A DNA stretch of 64,000 bases from Flavobacteriales bacterium (GCA_038234075.1 JBBSUV010000012.1:22616-86615); one strand, 5' to 3'. Numbered from the stretch's first letter, positions 1 through 10,210 are shown. Notes: generated by a model from the sequence alone, not told the origin. Numbers and translations are program-made.

Positions 1-480
1 CTCGGTATCGATTACATGCCGAACGACCATTTCTCCGCATTCATCTCGCCCGCCACGGCGAAGTTCACCTTCGTGAACGACCAAGGCCTGGCCGATAAAG
101 GCGCCTTCGGCGTGGATCCCGCCACCTATTCCTACGGTGTGGATACGGTAAAGCTTACCAATGGCGCCAATAGCTTGTTCGAGTTCGGGGGCTACGTGAA
201 GCTGATGTACCAGCACGACCTGGCGAAGAATATCAACTTCCTCACCCGTGCCGACTTCTTCAGCAATTACCTGAAGAACCCGGAGAACATCGTTGTGAAC
301 TGGGAGACCCTCTTCACCTTCAAGGTGAACGACTGGTTCGCCGCCACCCTGAGCACGATGCTGATCTATGACGATAAGACCCAGATCCTGAAGCCTTGGG
401 AGGACACGCCGCTGTTTTATGTCGGCAAGGGCACGCAGTTCAAGGAGGCCATCTCGCTTGGCATCATGCTGAAGATCTGA
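1..480 (+). CDS. DUF3078-family outer-membrane beta-barrel-like protein, 3' part (5' end outside the window)
   Basis: Frame is open from base 1. Motifs FFSNYLKNPENIVVNWE and QFKEAISLG are typical of Bacteroidota DUF3078. Confidence 0.7.
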   Translation, partial: LGIDYMPNDHFSAFISPATAKFTFVNDQGLADKGAFGVDPATYSYGVDTVKLTNGANSLFEFGGYVKLMYQHDLAKNINFLTRADFFSNYLKNPENIVVNWETLFTFKVNDWFAATLSTMLIYDDKTQILKPWEDTPLFYVGKGTQFKEAISLGIMLKI

Positions 481-498
481 TCATTGGCTCCATTTTGG

Positions 499-537
499 AA
501 AGCCCGCACCGAAGCATTCGGGGCGGGCTTTCTTTTT
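499..537 (+). terminator. Rho-independent terminator
   Basis: AAAGCCCGC-N-GCGGGCTTT stem followed by CTTTTT, just after the stop at 480. Confidence 0.8.
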
Positions 538-556
538 GACAGATGCTTCTCTGGAG

Positions 557-889
557 CCTCATTTGCATGGCCATGCAAATGAGGATGGCCTTGCATGCGC
601 GATTTGTGCTGTGGGAGCGCCGGCATTCAATGGTAGATCAGGAGCTCCGCGGGCTAGACAAGGTCAGGTCAGCCTCAGCCTACACTAAGTTTCGAGGTTA
701 AATGTGAAATTGACGATTGCATGGCCATGCAAATGAGAGTCGCCCTGCACACGGGAGTGGTGTTGTTATAATGCGGACTTTTCAATGGCGAAGCAAGATC
801 TCTACACGTTTGACGAGCTGATGTCAGCCTGAGCTTTCGCGGAGCTTCGAGGTCAATTGTTAAATCGACGTTTGCATGGCCATGCAAAT
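557..889. repeat. Tandem array of three palindromes (TTGCATGG|CCATGCAA) at 154/155-bp spacing, with homologous intervening units
   Basis: Palindrome centres at 570/571, 724/725 and 879/880. Copy 1 is a perfect 28-bp palindrome (557-584). Units 581-734 and 735-889 share TTCAATGG, GTCAGCCT and TTCGAGGT blocks. Confidence 0.9.
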
Positions 890-954
890 GGGTATGGCCC
901 ATTGAAGGTCGTCGGGCCGAAACTGGATCACTTGTCTCCTGAACACCAAGTCTA

Positions 955-1386
955 TCACTTGGTGCGCAGTATCCCGTCAGCAAGTGCAGCTTGTTCGGCA
1001 AGTGATCTAGCCTCCCCTTCGCCCAGTAGAAGTGAATATGCAATACGAAGCTTTTCCCAAGCGCTGGTCGCCTCGGCAGCCTTTCGTGTGCCTTCGATCG
1101 TGAGGAAGACCTCGACAACACGGTCCTGGCCATTACGAACGATCAGGCTTTCCATTGCGAGCTTATCCAGTGTGCGAGAGATCGTGGAGGCATCCAACTG
1201 GTGAACGTATGCAAGGTCCGTGACATTAATGCCAGGAGCTTCTCTGGCCGTCATGAGGATAAATCCCATGGTGGGCGTGATCTCGATGTGACGAAAGTGT
1301 GCTTCCGCCATGCGGGTAAGTGATCTTCCCAAGGCGGCCCCGGCATGATAGAGGCAAGAGTTGTAGCGGCTTTGGAGATCAGACAT
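955..1386 (-). CDS. MarR-family transcriptional regulator
   Basis: 143 aa with a wHTH (LDASTISRTLDKL...GQDRVVEVFLTIEG). Confidence 0.85.
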   Translation of the reverse strand: MSDLQSRYNSCLYHAGAALGRSLTRMAEAHFRHIEITPTMGFILMTAREAPGINVTDLAYVHQLDASTISRTLDKLAMESLIVRNGQDRVVEVFLTIEGTRKAAEATSAWEKLRIAYSLLLGEGEARSLAEQAALADGILRTK

Positions 1387-1402
1387 GGTAGATGCAAGGT
1401 AA

Positions 1403-1424
1403 CATTTGCATGGCCATGCAAATG
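1403..1424. promoter_or_regulatory. Candidate MarR autoregulatory operator overlapping the promoter
   Basis: 22-bp perfect palindrome CATTTGCATGGCCATGCAAATG, 16 bp upstream of the marR ATG. On the minus strand TTTG-N17-TACCTTGC resembles a Bacteroidota -33/-7 promoter. Confidence 0.7.
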
Positions 1425-1470
1425 AGCCATCAGTAACTGAGCCGACGGTCTTCGACTTGAGCTGAAAAGT

Positions 1471-3465
1471 TCAAGGAAACCTCAGCGGCCCCTTCAACGG
1501 CTGGAACAGGCCATAGAGCCAAGGGTTCCCTTCGCGCACGTGGACCTCTATCGAGGCCACGCGTGCGGTCTTCCCGCCGGGGTTCCAGAGATAGATTTTC
1601 AACCGTGCGCCTTGCCCATGCTGAGGGAGGTCCGATAGCGGGGTGGACGTAAAGAGCGCGGAGCGACCAAGGGCAGGCCCATCGCCACTGGTGCGATAGA
1701 ATATGGAGCGGTCGCCTTCCTTCAGTTCCATCACCAGCTTCAGTTCACTTCCGGCTGCGGCGTTAAGCACCTCCATGCGGGCTTCCAGGATGTCGTTATC
1801 GCCCGAGGAAAGATCGAAGACCGAGCGCTCGAAAACAGCGCCGAACTCACGACCTGCAAGATCCCAGACTTTCGGAGCCATGCCGTATTTGCCCGTGGTA
1901 TCCCGTGATGAAGGCAGGTCCGCGTCCACGTTCCATCCTTCACCTTTCAGCGCTTCCGGTGTCACCATGCTGCGGTGTGAGAGGTCCTCTAGGTTTCCGT
2001 TGTTGGGCATGCCGGAGAACAAAAAGGCTTGACCCTCCTCCATATCGTGCCGTTCCACCATGAAGGGGAACGCCTGTTGGATGCGCTCGAGGTTTTCAGC
2101 AGTGGCACCGGAGGAGATCCCATAGAATACCTCGGCAGCGGACGTGGTGCTCAATAGGCTGTCCACGAAATGCGATGACCGTGAGCGCAGGTTGATGTAA
2201 GGTGCGGAGGTACTGTCGATGCCCCATTGCTTGAAGTAGAACCCCGGGATCTCCTCCGGTAGGTCCACCAGCGCCAACCGGTCGGGGACCTTGGAAGCCT
2301 CGACGATACCGTGGACGGCAACCTCGTATTTCGAGCGGTAGAAGATCTCGTAATGTTTCCGCTGCTCTACGAGTCCGAAAACGGCCGTGGCTGCGATCAG
2401 CGCTACCAGCGGGAACAGCAGCGGCGGACGCGGTGAACGCCAACCCGCGAACAAGGGAAAGACCAAGAAGGGGAAGGAGAAGATCACCACGGAATACTGA
2501 AGCACCGGCGCATGCCAGACCGAATAGCCGTATCCAACGGCCAAAGGCACCAGAGCAAGTATGAGGCATAGCAGGATGAAAGGGGAGGCTCCTTCGTCTT
2601 TGGAGCGGAATGCACGCGTCCAACCCAGAAGCGCCACGCCGAGCACCACCACCGCAAGCGGGATGCTGAACTGGAAGATCCAAGCGACATATTCCGGTAG
2701 CCAAATGGTTGTCGGCGGTGCCAGCCATTGGCCAACTCCGCCATAGCCGAATTGCCGCCACGTGATGGGCAGTTCCGGCAGGTAGAGCAACAGTGCCAAG
2801 CCACCGGCCAGCAGCACGCGTTTCCGTTCCACCGGCGGAGCCAGGAACAGCAGGCACAGCCCGGCCAGCAGCGCGAAGAGCAAGGTGAAATGATGCACAT
2901 AGGCACACAAGGCCGCAGCCAATGCGAGACCGGTCCATGCCCATTTCCGGCCGCCCAAGGCGCGTGTGATCTGATCCATCAACAGGGCGCAGGTGAAGAA
3001 ACCCGCCGCATAGGGCCGTGCGATCTGGGCATACATCACCGTGTATTGCACCGTGCCGATGAAGGCGATCGAAAGCAGTGCAGCTGCAGGTGAGGTCCAT
3101 GCTGCTGCAAAGCGGTACAAAAAGAACAGTGCCGCGATGCCCATTGCGATGAAGGGCAGCTTCACCGCTAACTCACTCGTGCCGAACAGACCGGTCCAGA
3201 TCCACTCGAACACCTGCACGCCCGAAGGATGCGCATCGATGGCCACGCCCTTCGCGATCAGCTCACTGAACGAACTGAAGCGCACGCGCAACAACGCGCT
3301 GATCTCGTCATGGGTGAAGGGAATGTGCGGCAGGTTCCACGAACGCAGTACGGTAGCCAACAGCAGCAGCGCCAACAAAGCCCAACGTTGTGCGGGATCA
3401 CCGGGAATGCCGACCGTGGCCGCCTCTTCCAGCCGCTTGCGCCAGTGCGGTTGCTCAGCTGCCAC
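1471..3465 (-). CDS. GT39/ArnT-PMT-like membrane glycosyltransferase
   Basis: THDEISA motif, multiple TM helices, AQIARPYA motif and a soluble C-terminal domain. Confidence 0.7.
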   Translation of the reverse strand: MAAEQPHWRKRLEEAATVGIPGDPAQRWALLALLLLATVLRSWNLPHIPFTHDEISALLRVRFSSFSELIAKGVAIDAHPSGVQVFEWIWTGLFGTSELAVKLPFIAMGIAALFFLYRFAAAWTSPAAALLSIAFIGTVQYTVMYAQIARPYAAGFFTCALLMDQITRALGGRKWAWTGLALAAALCAYVHHFTLLFALLAGLCLLFLAPPVERKRVLLAGGLALLLYLPELPITWRQFGYGGVGQWLAPPTTIWLPEYVAWIFQFSIPLAVVVLGVALLGWTRAFRSKDEGASPFILLCLILALVPLAVGYGYSVWHAPVLQYSVVIFSFPFLVFPLFAGWRSPRPPLLFPLVALIAATAVFGLVEQRKHYEIFYRSKYEVAVHGIVEASKVPDRLALVDLPEEIPGFYFKQWGIDSTSAPYINLRSRSSHFVDSLLSTTSAAEVFYGISSGATAENLERIQQAFPFMVERHDMEEGQAFLFSGMPNNGNLEDLSHRSMVTPEALKGEGWNVDADLPSSRDTTGKYGMAPKVWDLAGREFGAVFERSVFDLSSGDNDILEARMEVLNAAAGSELKLVMELKEGDRSIFYRTSGDGPALGRSALFTSTPLSDLPQHGQGARLKIYLWNPGGKTARVASIEVHVREGNPWLYGLFQPLKGPLRFP

Positions 3466-3904
3466 GTTCCAGGTCGCGTTTGATGTCCTTTTCCTTCAAG
3501 CTATCGCGCTTGTCGTAGGTCTTCTTGCCCTTGGCCAGCGCGATATCCACCTTCACGATGCCGTTCTTGGCGAAGAACGATCGTATGGGAACGATCGTGA
3601 CCCCTTGGTCCTTCAGCTTGCGCTGCAGCTTCTTCAGCTCTGTGCGGTGCAGCAGCAGTTTGCGATCGCGGATAGGCTCGTGGGCAAAGTTCTTCGCCTT
3701 CTCGAACGGCTGTATGCGCATGTTGCGCAGGTATAGCTCGTCGCCGATGAAGGTGCAGAAGGCCTCGGTGATGCTGGCGTCGCCGAGGCGCAGACTCTTC
3801 ACCTCACTGCCCACGAGCATGATGCCGCATTCGTGCGTTTCGAGGAAAAAGTACTCGAACGCCGCACGGCGGTTCTTGATCTCGGGCATCACTGGAGCGG
3901 CCAT
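3455..3904 (-). CDS. smpB: SsrA-binding protein
   Basis: IKNRRAAFEY, GIMLVGSEVKSLR and KGKKTYDKRD motifs. Start taken at the ATG at 3904. Confidence 0.97.
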   Translation of the reverse strand: MAAPVMPEIKNRRAAFEYFFLETHECGIMLVGSEVKSLRLGDASITEAFCTFIGDELYLRNMRIQPFEKAKNFAHEPIRDRKLLLHRTELKKLQRKLKDQGVTIVPIRSFFAKNGIVKVDIALAKGKKTYDKRDSLKEKDIKRDLERGS

Positions 3905-3953
3905 GGCGCGAAGATGGGGACTGGAAGCCGCAAATGGCTGGATTGCCGATGAG

Positions 3954-4814
3954 CTATTGCGTTTCACCGCCTTGCTGAGCATCCACCCAAGCGATCCCCT
4001 GCTCCTCGATGCGCACCTTGCGCTCCTTGTACAGTGCTCCGAGCGCTTTCTTGAAAGCCTTCTTGCTCATGCCGAGCGCCCGGTAGACCTCCTCCGGCGA
4101 GCTCTTGTCCGTCAACGGAAAGAAACCCTCGTGCTGCTTGATCCGCTTGGCCAGGAGGGCGGTGTTGGCATCGTTGAAGTGCTCGTATCCGATAGCCTGG
4201 AGCGCGATGTCCAGCTTGTTGTCGGGGCGCACGGCCTTCACGAAGCCGGTGATGCGGTCACCGACGGAGATCGGCTTGAAGACCTCGTTGGCATGGATGA
4301 GGCCTTGGTGCTTATTGTTCACGATCACAGACCAGCCCATCTCGCTGCGCCCGAAGACCAGGAGTTTGACCTCATCGCCTTCCGCGACGGTAAGTTCCGC
4401 ATTCCCCAAGTGCTTATCGATGCGGGTGCTTCCATAAAGCCGGTCCGTATGCTCGTCCAGCGCTAAATAGGTCACATACCAGCGGCCTTCCTCCAATTTC
4501 CGCTGTTGTTCCTTGAAGGGCACCAAGAGGTCCTTCTCCATGCCCCAGTCCATGAAGGCGCCTAAGCGATCCACGGCATTCACGCGCAGGCTGGCGAAAC
4601 CGTTCAATTCGATCTTCGGCTCCAGCGAGGTGGCTACCTGCCGGTCCTCGGAATCGCGGTACACGAAAACGTTGAGCACGGCTCCTTGGTCGTGCTCGAT
4701 CGGTACGTACTTGTTCGGCAGCAGCACCTCGTTCCCATCATCATCTCCCAGGAAAAGCCCTACGCTGGTGTTGCGCAGGATGACGAGGTCCTGGGTCTGG
4801 CCGGTGTGTATCAT
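3954..4814 (-). CDS. cvfB: CvfB-family S1 RNA-binding protein
   Basis: EVLLPNKYVP, GAFMDWGMEKDLLVP and C-terminal wHTH MSKKAFKKALGALYK. Confidence 0.9.
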   Translation of the reverse strand: MIHTGQTQDLVILRNTSVGLFLGDDDGNEVLLPNKYVPIEHDQGAVLNVFVYRDSEDRQVATSLEPKIELNGFASLRVNAVDRLGAFMDWGMEKDLLVPFKEQQRKLEEGRWYVTYLALDEHTDRLYGSTRIDKHLGNAELTVAEGDEVKLLVFGRSEMGWSVIVNNKHQGLIHANEVFKPISVGDRITGFVKAVRPDNKLDIALQAIGYEHFNDANTALLAKRIKQHEGFFPLTDKSSPEEVYRALGMSKKAFKKALGALYKERKVRIEEQGIAWVDAQQGGETQ

Positions 4815-4845
4815 CTGGCGAAAGTTAGGTTGTCCCCTCCCGCAC

Positions 4846-5145
4846 CTACTTCACGAAGTGGAATACCAACAGCAGGATGATCACCGCGATGCCGAGCAAC
4901 GATGCGATGAAGAAGTAGTCGGCCACTTTCTCCATCCGTATTTCCCGCTCCGGGTGTACCGTCCGGATGGAAGCATAGGAGAAGAGCGTGGAGACGGTCA
5001 ACAGCAATGCGATCACCGAAGTGAATTCATCGAGAATGGTGGATACGGAAGCGTTCGAAACGTGCAAGGAGGTGATCACGAAGAGGCAAAAACCCAGCAG
5101 GTTCGCGGAAGTACTGAGGATGTGCTTTGAGGTGCTCTTCGCCAT
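4846..5145 (-). CDS. Small conserved membrane protein (3 TM)
   Basis: 99 aa starting MAKSTSKHILSTSANLLGFC, with hydrophobic segments. Confidence 0.7.
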   Translation of the reverse strand: MAKSTSKHILSTSANLLGFCLFVITSLHVSNASVSTILDEFTSVIALLLTVSTLFSYASIRTVHPEREIRMEKVADYFFIASLLGIAVIILLLVFHFVK

Positions 5146-5677
5146 GTGAGGTAGCGAAATTAGCGCGGTTGCCAGTGGACCGGCGAAGGCAGGAACGCCC
5201 TCCACGTTAAAACTGCGCAACACGTGCTTGTGATCACGAAAGCATGGTATCCGTTTTTTGGTTGATGGTTTATTTTGGTTCGACGCTCAGTTGATACGCG
5301 GCAAACCTGGACGACCATTCGGACCGGCACTGGGCGAATGACAGTCTCGCCGCGATCCTGATATCGATCATGCGATAAACGCATTTTCGACCCAATTGTC
5401 TGATCCGTGTCATCCTTTTGGGGCGGTTACGGCCTGACCCAGGGTCAGCACGGCGAAGGTTCCCTGCTGAGCGAGCGGTGCATAAGGGGGTCCCTGTATG
5501 GAGGACGGGACGGGTCAAGGGTTCTCTCCAATAGGAAGGACAGGAATACCATTATCCATACAAGTAGTGCGAGGTACGGATGTTCCGATCCGATAAATTG
5601 GTCCCTCCTTCACCGGAGAGACCGGTGACAAGCTCCATCCGTAACCACCATCATCCGCAACAACGTTGACCAACCCC

Positions 5678-7909
5678 ATGCGCTTCCTTAAGACCGTACT
5701 GCCCGTTGCGATGCTTTTCCTCCTAAGTCCCGCGCAAGCCCAGATCTCCTTCGGGGGCACACCTGCCGGTCTTGGCGTTGAGGCCCGGGAGCTCCAAGCT
5801 CCACCGGTCATTGAGCTGCCTCCCGTGGATCGGGACGCTATGATGACCGAGGATGCACAGCGCATGGCCGATGGGGTGAAGGGCCCCTTCCGTTTCGGCG
5901 TGAACCGTGCCGTGGACCTTGGCCTGGACAACAGTGGGACGTGGAGCACACTGGCGGACGGCACCCGCATCTGGCGCGTTGCCATCCATTGTCCGGAGGC
6001 CTTCAGCATCAACTTCGAGTTCGGTGAATACGTGGTGCCCGAAGGGGCGAAGGTCTTCGTGTACAATTCCGAAGGCGGACAGCTCGGTGCTTTCACCGCC
6101 GCCAGCTCAGGAGGGAAACACACCATGGGCGTAACGCAGCTTGCAGGGGACAACATCACGGTGGAATACGAAGAGCCTGCTGCGGTGGCCGGGCAGGGAC
6201 AACTGCGGATCACGCAGGTGACCCATGCGTACAGGAACATCATGGGCAATGACCCGGAGCGCGCGCTTGGAGACAGCGGTCCGTGCAACAACAACGTCAT
6301 CTGTCCTGAAGGCGACGATTGGCGGGACGAGATCGCAGCGGTGGCCATGATCACCGTAGGCGGCAGCGGGATCTGCACCGGTACGTTGATCAACAACTGC
6401 GCCAGCGATGGCACGCCTTATTTCCTTACGGCGAACCACTGCACATCCAACGGCTCGTCCAACGTGGGCAACTGGGTGTTCCGTTTCAAGTGGGAAAGCC
6501 CCACGTGTACGCCCACCACCAACGGACCTACCACCAAGACCGTGAGCGGGGCCCAACTACTCGTGAACAGCGGGGGCAGTGACGTGGCCCTCCTGCAGCT
6601 CAACACGGCTCCACCTGCCAATTACAACGTTTACTATACCGGATGGAACGCTACGGGTGATATCCCTGAGAACCAGACCTGCATCCACCATCCCCAGGGC
6701 GACATCAAGAAGATCAGTTTCGACAACGACCCAGCGGAATACGGGACCATGTCAGGCGCGCCGTGCTGGCACATCCTCGGCTGGGATGATGGGACCACGG
6801 AACCCGGCAGCAGCGGATCTTGCCTGTTGGACCAGGATCACCGCATCATCGGGCAGCTCTTTGGAGGCTCGGCCAGTTGCGGTAATAACGTGGATGACTT
6901 TTTCGGCCGCTTCGATGTGAGCTATCCGCTCCTGCAGCCTTGGCTCGGCTCCTGCGCCACGGCCATTGACGGCTACGACCCGAACAGCATACCGAGCGCA
7001 TTGGATGTGCGGATGGTGAACATTACCGGCATCGCTAGCAACTACTGCAATACCGGGGTCGTGGAGCCGGTGCTGAATGTGAAGAACAACGGGTCGGATG
7101 TGATCACACAGTTCACCTATAGCTATGACCTGGACGGTGGTGCCGCCACCACGGCAGCGTGGACCGGAACATTGGCGCCCGGCGAGATACAGTCCATCGC
7201 CTTGGATGCCACCACGGCCCTCAATGGAAGCCATGTTTTCCATGCTTCCTGCAGTGAGCCGAACGGACAGGCGGACGGGAACCCAGTGAACAATTCGTCA
7301 CAAAGGAACTTCACCGTCGCCGATCCAGGATACCCGGTCACGGTGGCCATCACCACGGATAATTACGGATCCGAGACCACGTGGAGTATCGAGGAACAAG
7401 GAGGTGCCGTACTCTACACAGGTGGTCCTTACCAGGACACGAACGGAGGCACTTCCGAGGGCGGAAGCTTCTGCCTCGCCAGCGGGTGTTACAATTTCAA
7501 GATGATGGATGCCTACGGTGACGGTATCTGCTGCCAGTATGGGAACGGTAGTTTCCGGGTCCTTGACGGGAACGGTGCGGTGCTCGTGGATGGGACTGGT
7601 ATCTTCTCCACTTCGATCACATCACCCTTCTGTATAGGTAGCACAGGCATCAACCAAGAAGGAAGCATTGCCGACCTGCAGATCTATCCCAACCCGGGCA
7701 CTGGAGCGCTGGAAATTTCCATGCCCGGCACTTCCGGTGAAGCATCCATCCGTGTGCGCGATGCGCTGGGCCGCGAGGTCAATGCCACTAAGGTCCCTTC
7801 CATTTCACGGGCACGTCTCGACCTGGGCTTCTTGCCGAACGGAACCTACAGCTTGGACATCAATACGGGTCATTTCCATGCGGTGCGGCAGGTGATCATC
7901 ATGCGGTAG
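5678..7909 (+). CDS. T9SS-secreted lysyl-endopeptidase-like (S1) serine protease with CARDB-like domain
   Basis: Signal peptide, TANHC, DVALL, GSSGS catalytic motifs and a C-terminal IYPNPG T9SS CTD. Confidence 0.85.
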   Translation: MRFLKTVLPVAMLFLLSPAQAQISFGGTPAGLGVEARELQAPPVIELPPVDRDAMMTEDAQRMADGVKGPFRFGVNRAVDLGLDNSGTWSTLADGTRIWRVAIHCPEAFSINFEFGEYVVPEGAKVFVYNSEGGQLGAFTAASSGGKHTMGVTQLAGDNITVEYEEPAAVAGQGQLRITQVTHAYRNIMGNDPERALGDSGPCNNNVICPEGDDWRDEIAAVAMITVGGSGICTGTLINNCASDGTPYFLTANHCTSNGSSNVGNWVFRFKWESPTCTPTTNGPTTKTVSGAQLLVNSGGSDVALLQLNTAPPANYNVYYTGWNATGDIPENQTCIHHPQGDIKKISFDNDPAEYGTMSGAPCWHILGWDDGTTEPGSSGSCLLDQDHRIIGQLFGGSASCGNNVDDFFGRFDVSYPLLQPWLGSCATAIDGYDPNSIPSALDVRMVNITGIASNYCNTGVVEPVLNVKNNGSDVITQFTYSYDLDGGAATTAAWTGTLAPGEIQSIALDATTALNGSHVFHASCSEPNGQADGNPVNNSSQRNFTVADPGYPVTVAITTDNYGSETTWSIEEQGGAVLYTGGPYQDTNGGTSEGGSFCLASGCYNFKMMDAYGDGICCQYGNGSFRVLDGNGAVLVDGTGIFSTSITSPFCIGSTGINQEGSIADLQIYPNPGTGALEISMPGTSGEASIRVRDALGREVNATKVPSISRARLDLGFLPNGTYSLDINTGHFHAVRQVIIMR

Positions 7910-7944
7910 TCCATCGGGGAGCCATCGCATGCATTGCGATCGCA

Positions 7945-10080
7945 CTACTTGAAGATGTTGCCCAGCCCCTTGCCGATCTTCTGCACCGTTTCAAGGCCGA
8001 TGTTCAACGGCTCGGACGAGAAGCCCGTGTAGTCCTGGATGTGACGGTCCGTGAACTGCTGCGGGTACACGACGATCCGGTTGTTCGCACTGAAATACTT
8101 CTCCAACTTACTCGGCAACCCGTCCATGACGCTGAGGTAAGAAGCAGCACCCCGCCGCGCGGAGACCAACAACAGCAGATCGTCATCATGGATATGCCTG
8201 GAAAGCACCAGGAAGTCCTCCCACTTCTCGAACGGGTGAACGCTCAAGCTGGGAGTGACCTTGGCGCGTTTCAGCGCCCTGCGCATGGCGTTCTCCGTAG
8301 CCTCATTGCAGTGGGCGATGATCGGCAGGGTGAGCTCTTGGGCCAAGCGGGCGACTTTGGACAGCCATAGATCGAAACCTTTCTCATGCTCAGCCAGCGG
8401 GGGCGCCATCACGACGATCCGTTTCTGGGTGACCAAGGGCGATCTGAAATGGCTCACCAGCACGGTCTTGTCCACATTCTGCAGCACGCTCTCCAGCTTG
8501 TCGCCGAGCAACCTGTCGAAGAAGCCCGCCTTCTGCGGCCAGCCCAACACCAGGATGTCCGCCATGATCTCCCGCGAGATGCGCACGATGCCGCTCGCCG
8601 GGTTGTGGTCGATGGTGATGATCACGTTCAACTTGGTCTCCGAGGCGGCTGCCTGCTTCACGAATTCATCCAGTGATAGCCGGGCCTTGCGGATGTTCAT
8701 CTCGGCTACCTCATTGTTGGAGACCACCGTGAGGATGGAGATCGGGTTGGCCGAACGTTTGTCCTTGATGTAGATGCAGAGTTCCAGCAGCTTCTCGATG
8801 TTCTCAATGGTGGCCGTGGGCAGCAGGATGTGTTCGCTGTTGCCATTGGCCGCGCCCGGTTCCGGATCCTCCTCGCCGGACTCCACCACCAATTGCTTGG
8901 CCGCACGCTCCGTGACAAAGGAGGCGACCATGCAGGTCACCAGGATCAGCAGGATGGTGCCGTTCAGGATGCTCTCGTCCAGGATCCCTTCCCGGAAGCC
9001 CACGAGCACCACCGCCAAGGTGGCCGCTGCATGCGAACCGCTGAGACCGAAAATGATGCCGCGCTGGGCCTTGGTATAGCGGAACACCAACTGGGTGAAC
9101 CAGGCTGCGAACCACTTTCCCGCCAGCGCCGTCACTGTGAGCGTACCGGCCACGATCAGTGCGGCCGTGCCGTTCAACAGGACCGACACGTCCACCAGCA
9201 TGCCCACGCTGATGAGGAAGAAAGGGATGAACAAGGAACTGCCGATGAACTCGATCCGGTTCATCAGGGCGGAGGTGTGCGGGATCAGTTTGTTCAATGC
9301 GAGACCGGCCATGAAGGCGCCGATGATCGCCTCCACACCCGCCAGCTCTGCCAAGAAAGCAGCGAAGAACACCACCGCTAGCACGAAGATGTAATGCGAA
9401 TGCTTCTCGCTCTCCAGCTTGCGGAAGAACCATTTCGCAATGCGTGGGATCACCAGGAACATGATGAGCGAGAACACCGTGAGGGAGCCCACGAGCCGGA
9501 TCCAGAAATCCTGATCAAGCGTACCTCGGCTGTTGCTCATCACCACCGCCAGGATGATCAGCACCGCTGTGTCCGTGAGGATCGTCCCGCCCACTGTGAT
9601 GGCCACCGCCTGATCCTTCGACACCCCCAAGCGACTGACGATCGGGTAGGCCACCAACGTATGCGTGGCGAACATGCTCGCCGTGAGGAAGCTCGCGTTG
9701 AAGTCGAAGCCCAGTAGATAGCGGCATATCGGGTAACCCAAGGCCAGCGGTATGATGAACGTGAACAGGCCGAAGAGGATGCTCTTGTTGCGCTGCGCCT
9801 TGAACTCATTGATGTCCAGTTCCAAGCCGGCAATGAACATGATGTACAGCAGGCCGATGGTGGAGAAGAGCTCGATCGCCGAGTTCTGGTCCAGCACGTG
9901 CAAGCCATAGGGACCGATGAGCACGCCGGACAGGATCAACCCGATGATGCCCGGGATGTTCAATCGCTTCAGCAGGATCGGCGATAGTAGGATGATCGCC
10001 AGGATCAATGCAAAAACGAGCACCGGGTTCTGCAGTGGCAGCTGGAAGTGATGCAGGAGCGGGGCGAGGTATTCCTTCAC
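7945..10080 (-). CDS. CPA2 cation:proton antiporter with USP-like C-terminal domains
   Basis: Na/H exchanger TM pattern (GLLYIMFIAGLELD, GGTILTD) followed by a soluble C-terminus. GTG start. Confidence 0.85.
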   Translation of the reverse strand: MKEYLAPLLHHFQLPLQNPVLVFALILAIILLSPILLKRLNIPGIIGLILSGVLIGPYGLHVLDQNSAIELFSTIGLLYIMFIAGLELDINEFKAQRNKSILFGLFTFIIPLALGYPICRYLLGFDFNASFLTASMFATHTLVAYPIVSRLGVSKDQAVAITVGGTILTDTAVLIILAVVMSNSRGTLDQDFWIRLVGSLTVFSLIMFLVIPRIAKWFFRKLESEKHSHYIFVLAVVFFAAFLAELAGVEAIIGAFMAGLALNKLIPHTSALMNRIEFIGSSLFIPFFLISVGMLVDVSVLLNGTAALIVAGTLTVTALAGKWFAAWFTQLVFRYTKAQRGIIFGLSGSHAAATLAVVLVGFREGILDESILNGTILLILVTCMVASFVTERAAKQLVVESGEEDPEPGAANGNSEHILLPTATIENIEKLLELCIYIKDKRSANPISILTVVSNNEVAEMNIRKARLSLDEFVKQAAASETKLNVIITIDHNPASGIVRISREIMADILVLGWPQKAGFFDRLLGDKLESVLQNVDKTVLVSHFRSPLVTQKRIVVMAPPLAEHEKGFDLWLSKVARLAQELTLPIIAHCNEATENAMRRALKRAKVTPSLSVHPFEKWEDFLVLSRHIHDDDLLLLVSARRGAASYLSVMDGLPSKLEKYFSANNRIVVYPQQFTDRHIQDYTGFSSEPLNIGLETVQKIGKGLGNIFK

Positions 10081-10210
10081 GGCGCGGGGTGCGTGGGTGG
10101 ATCTTTCCGCGGCGGATCAACGAACCCCGTCACGCGCGTTTTGAAGAGAAGGCAACGAAGATAACCGGACGATCAGACGCATGGGGGTCACCATGACCGG
10201 AGCACTTACT

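Noticed and set aside
557-889. CRISPR array interpretation of the palindrome array
   Set aside because: The spacers are ~135 bp and homologous to each other, the repeat is a perfect palindrome matching the marR promoter site, and no cas genes are present.
675-1133. 152-aa minus ORF and 115-aa plus ORF spanning the palindrome array
   Set aside because: They overlap marR, have low-complexity composition, and the reading frame is not conserved between repeat units.
5150-5670. 530-bp intergenic region as a riboswitch or ncRNA
   Set aside because: Only short hairpins and no recognisable aptamer motif. It is compatible with divergent promoters.
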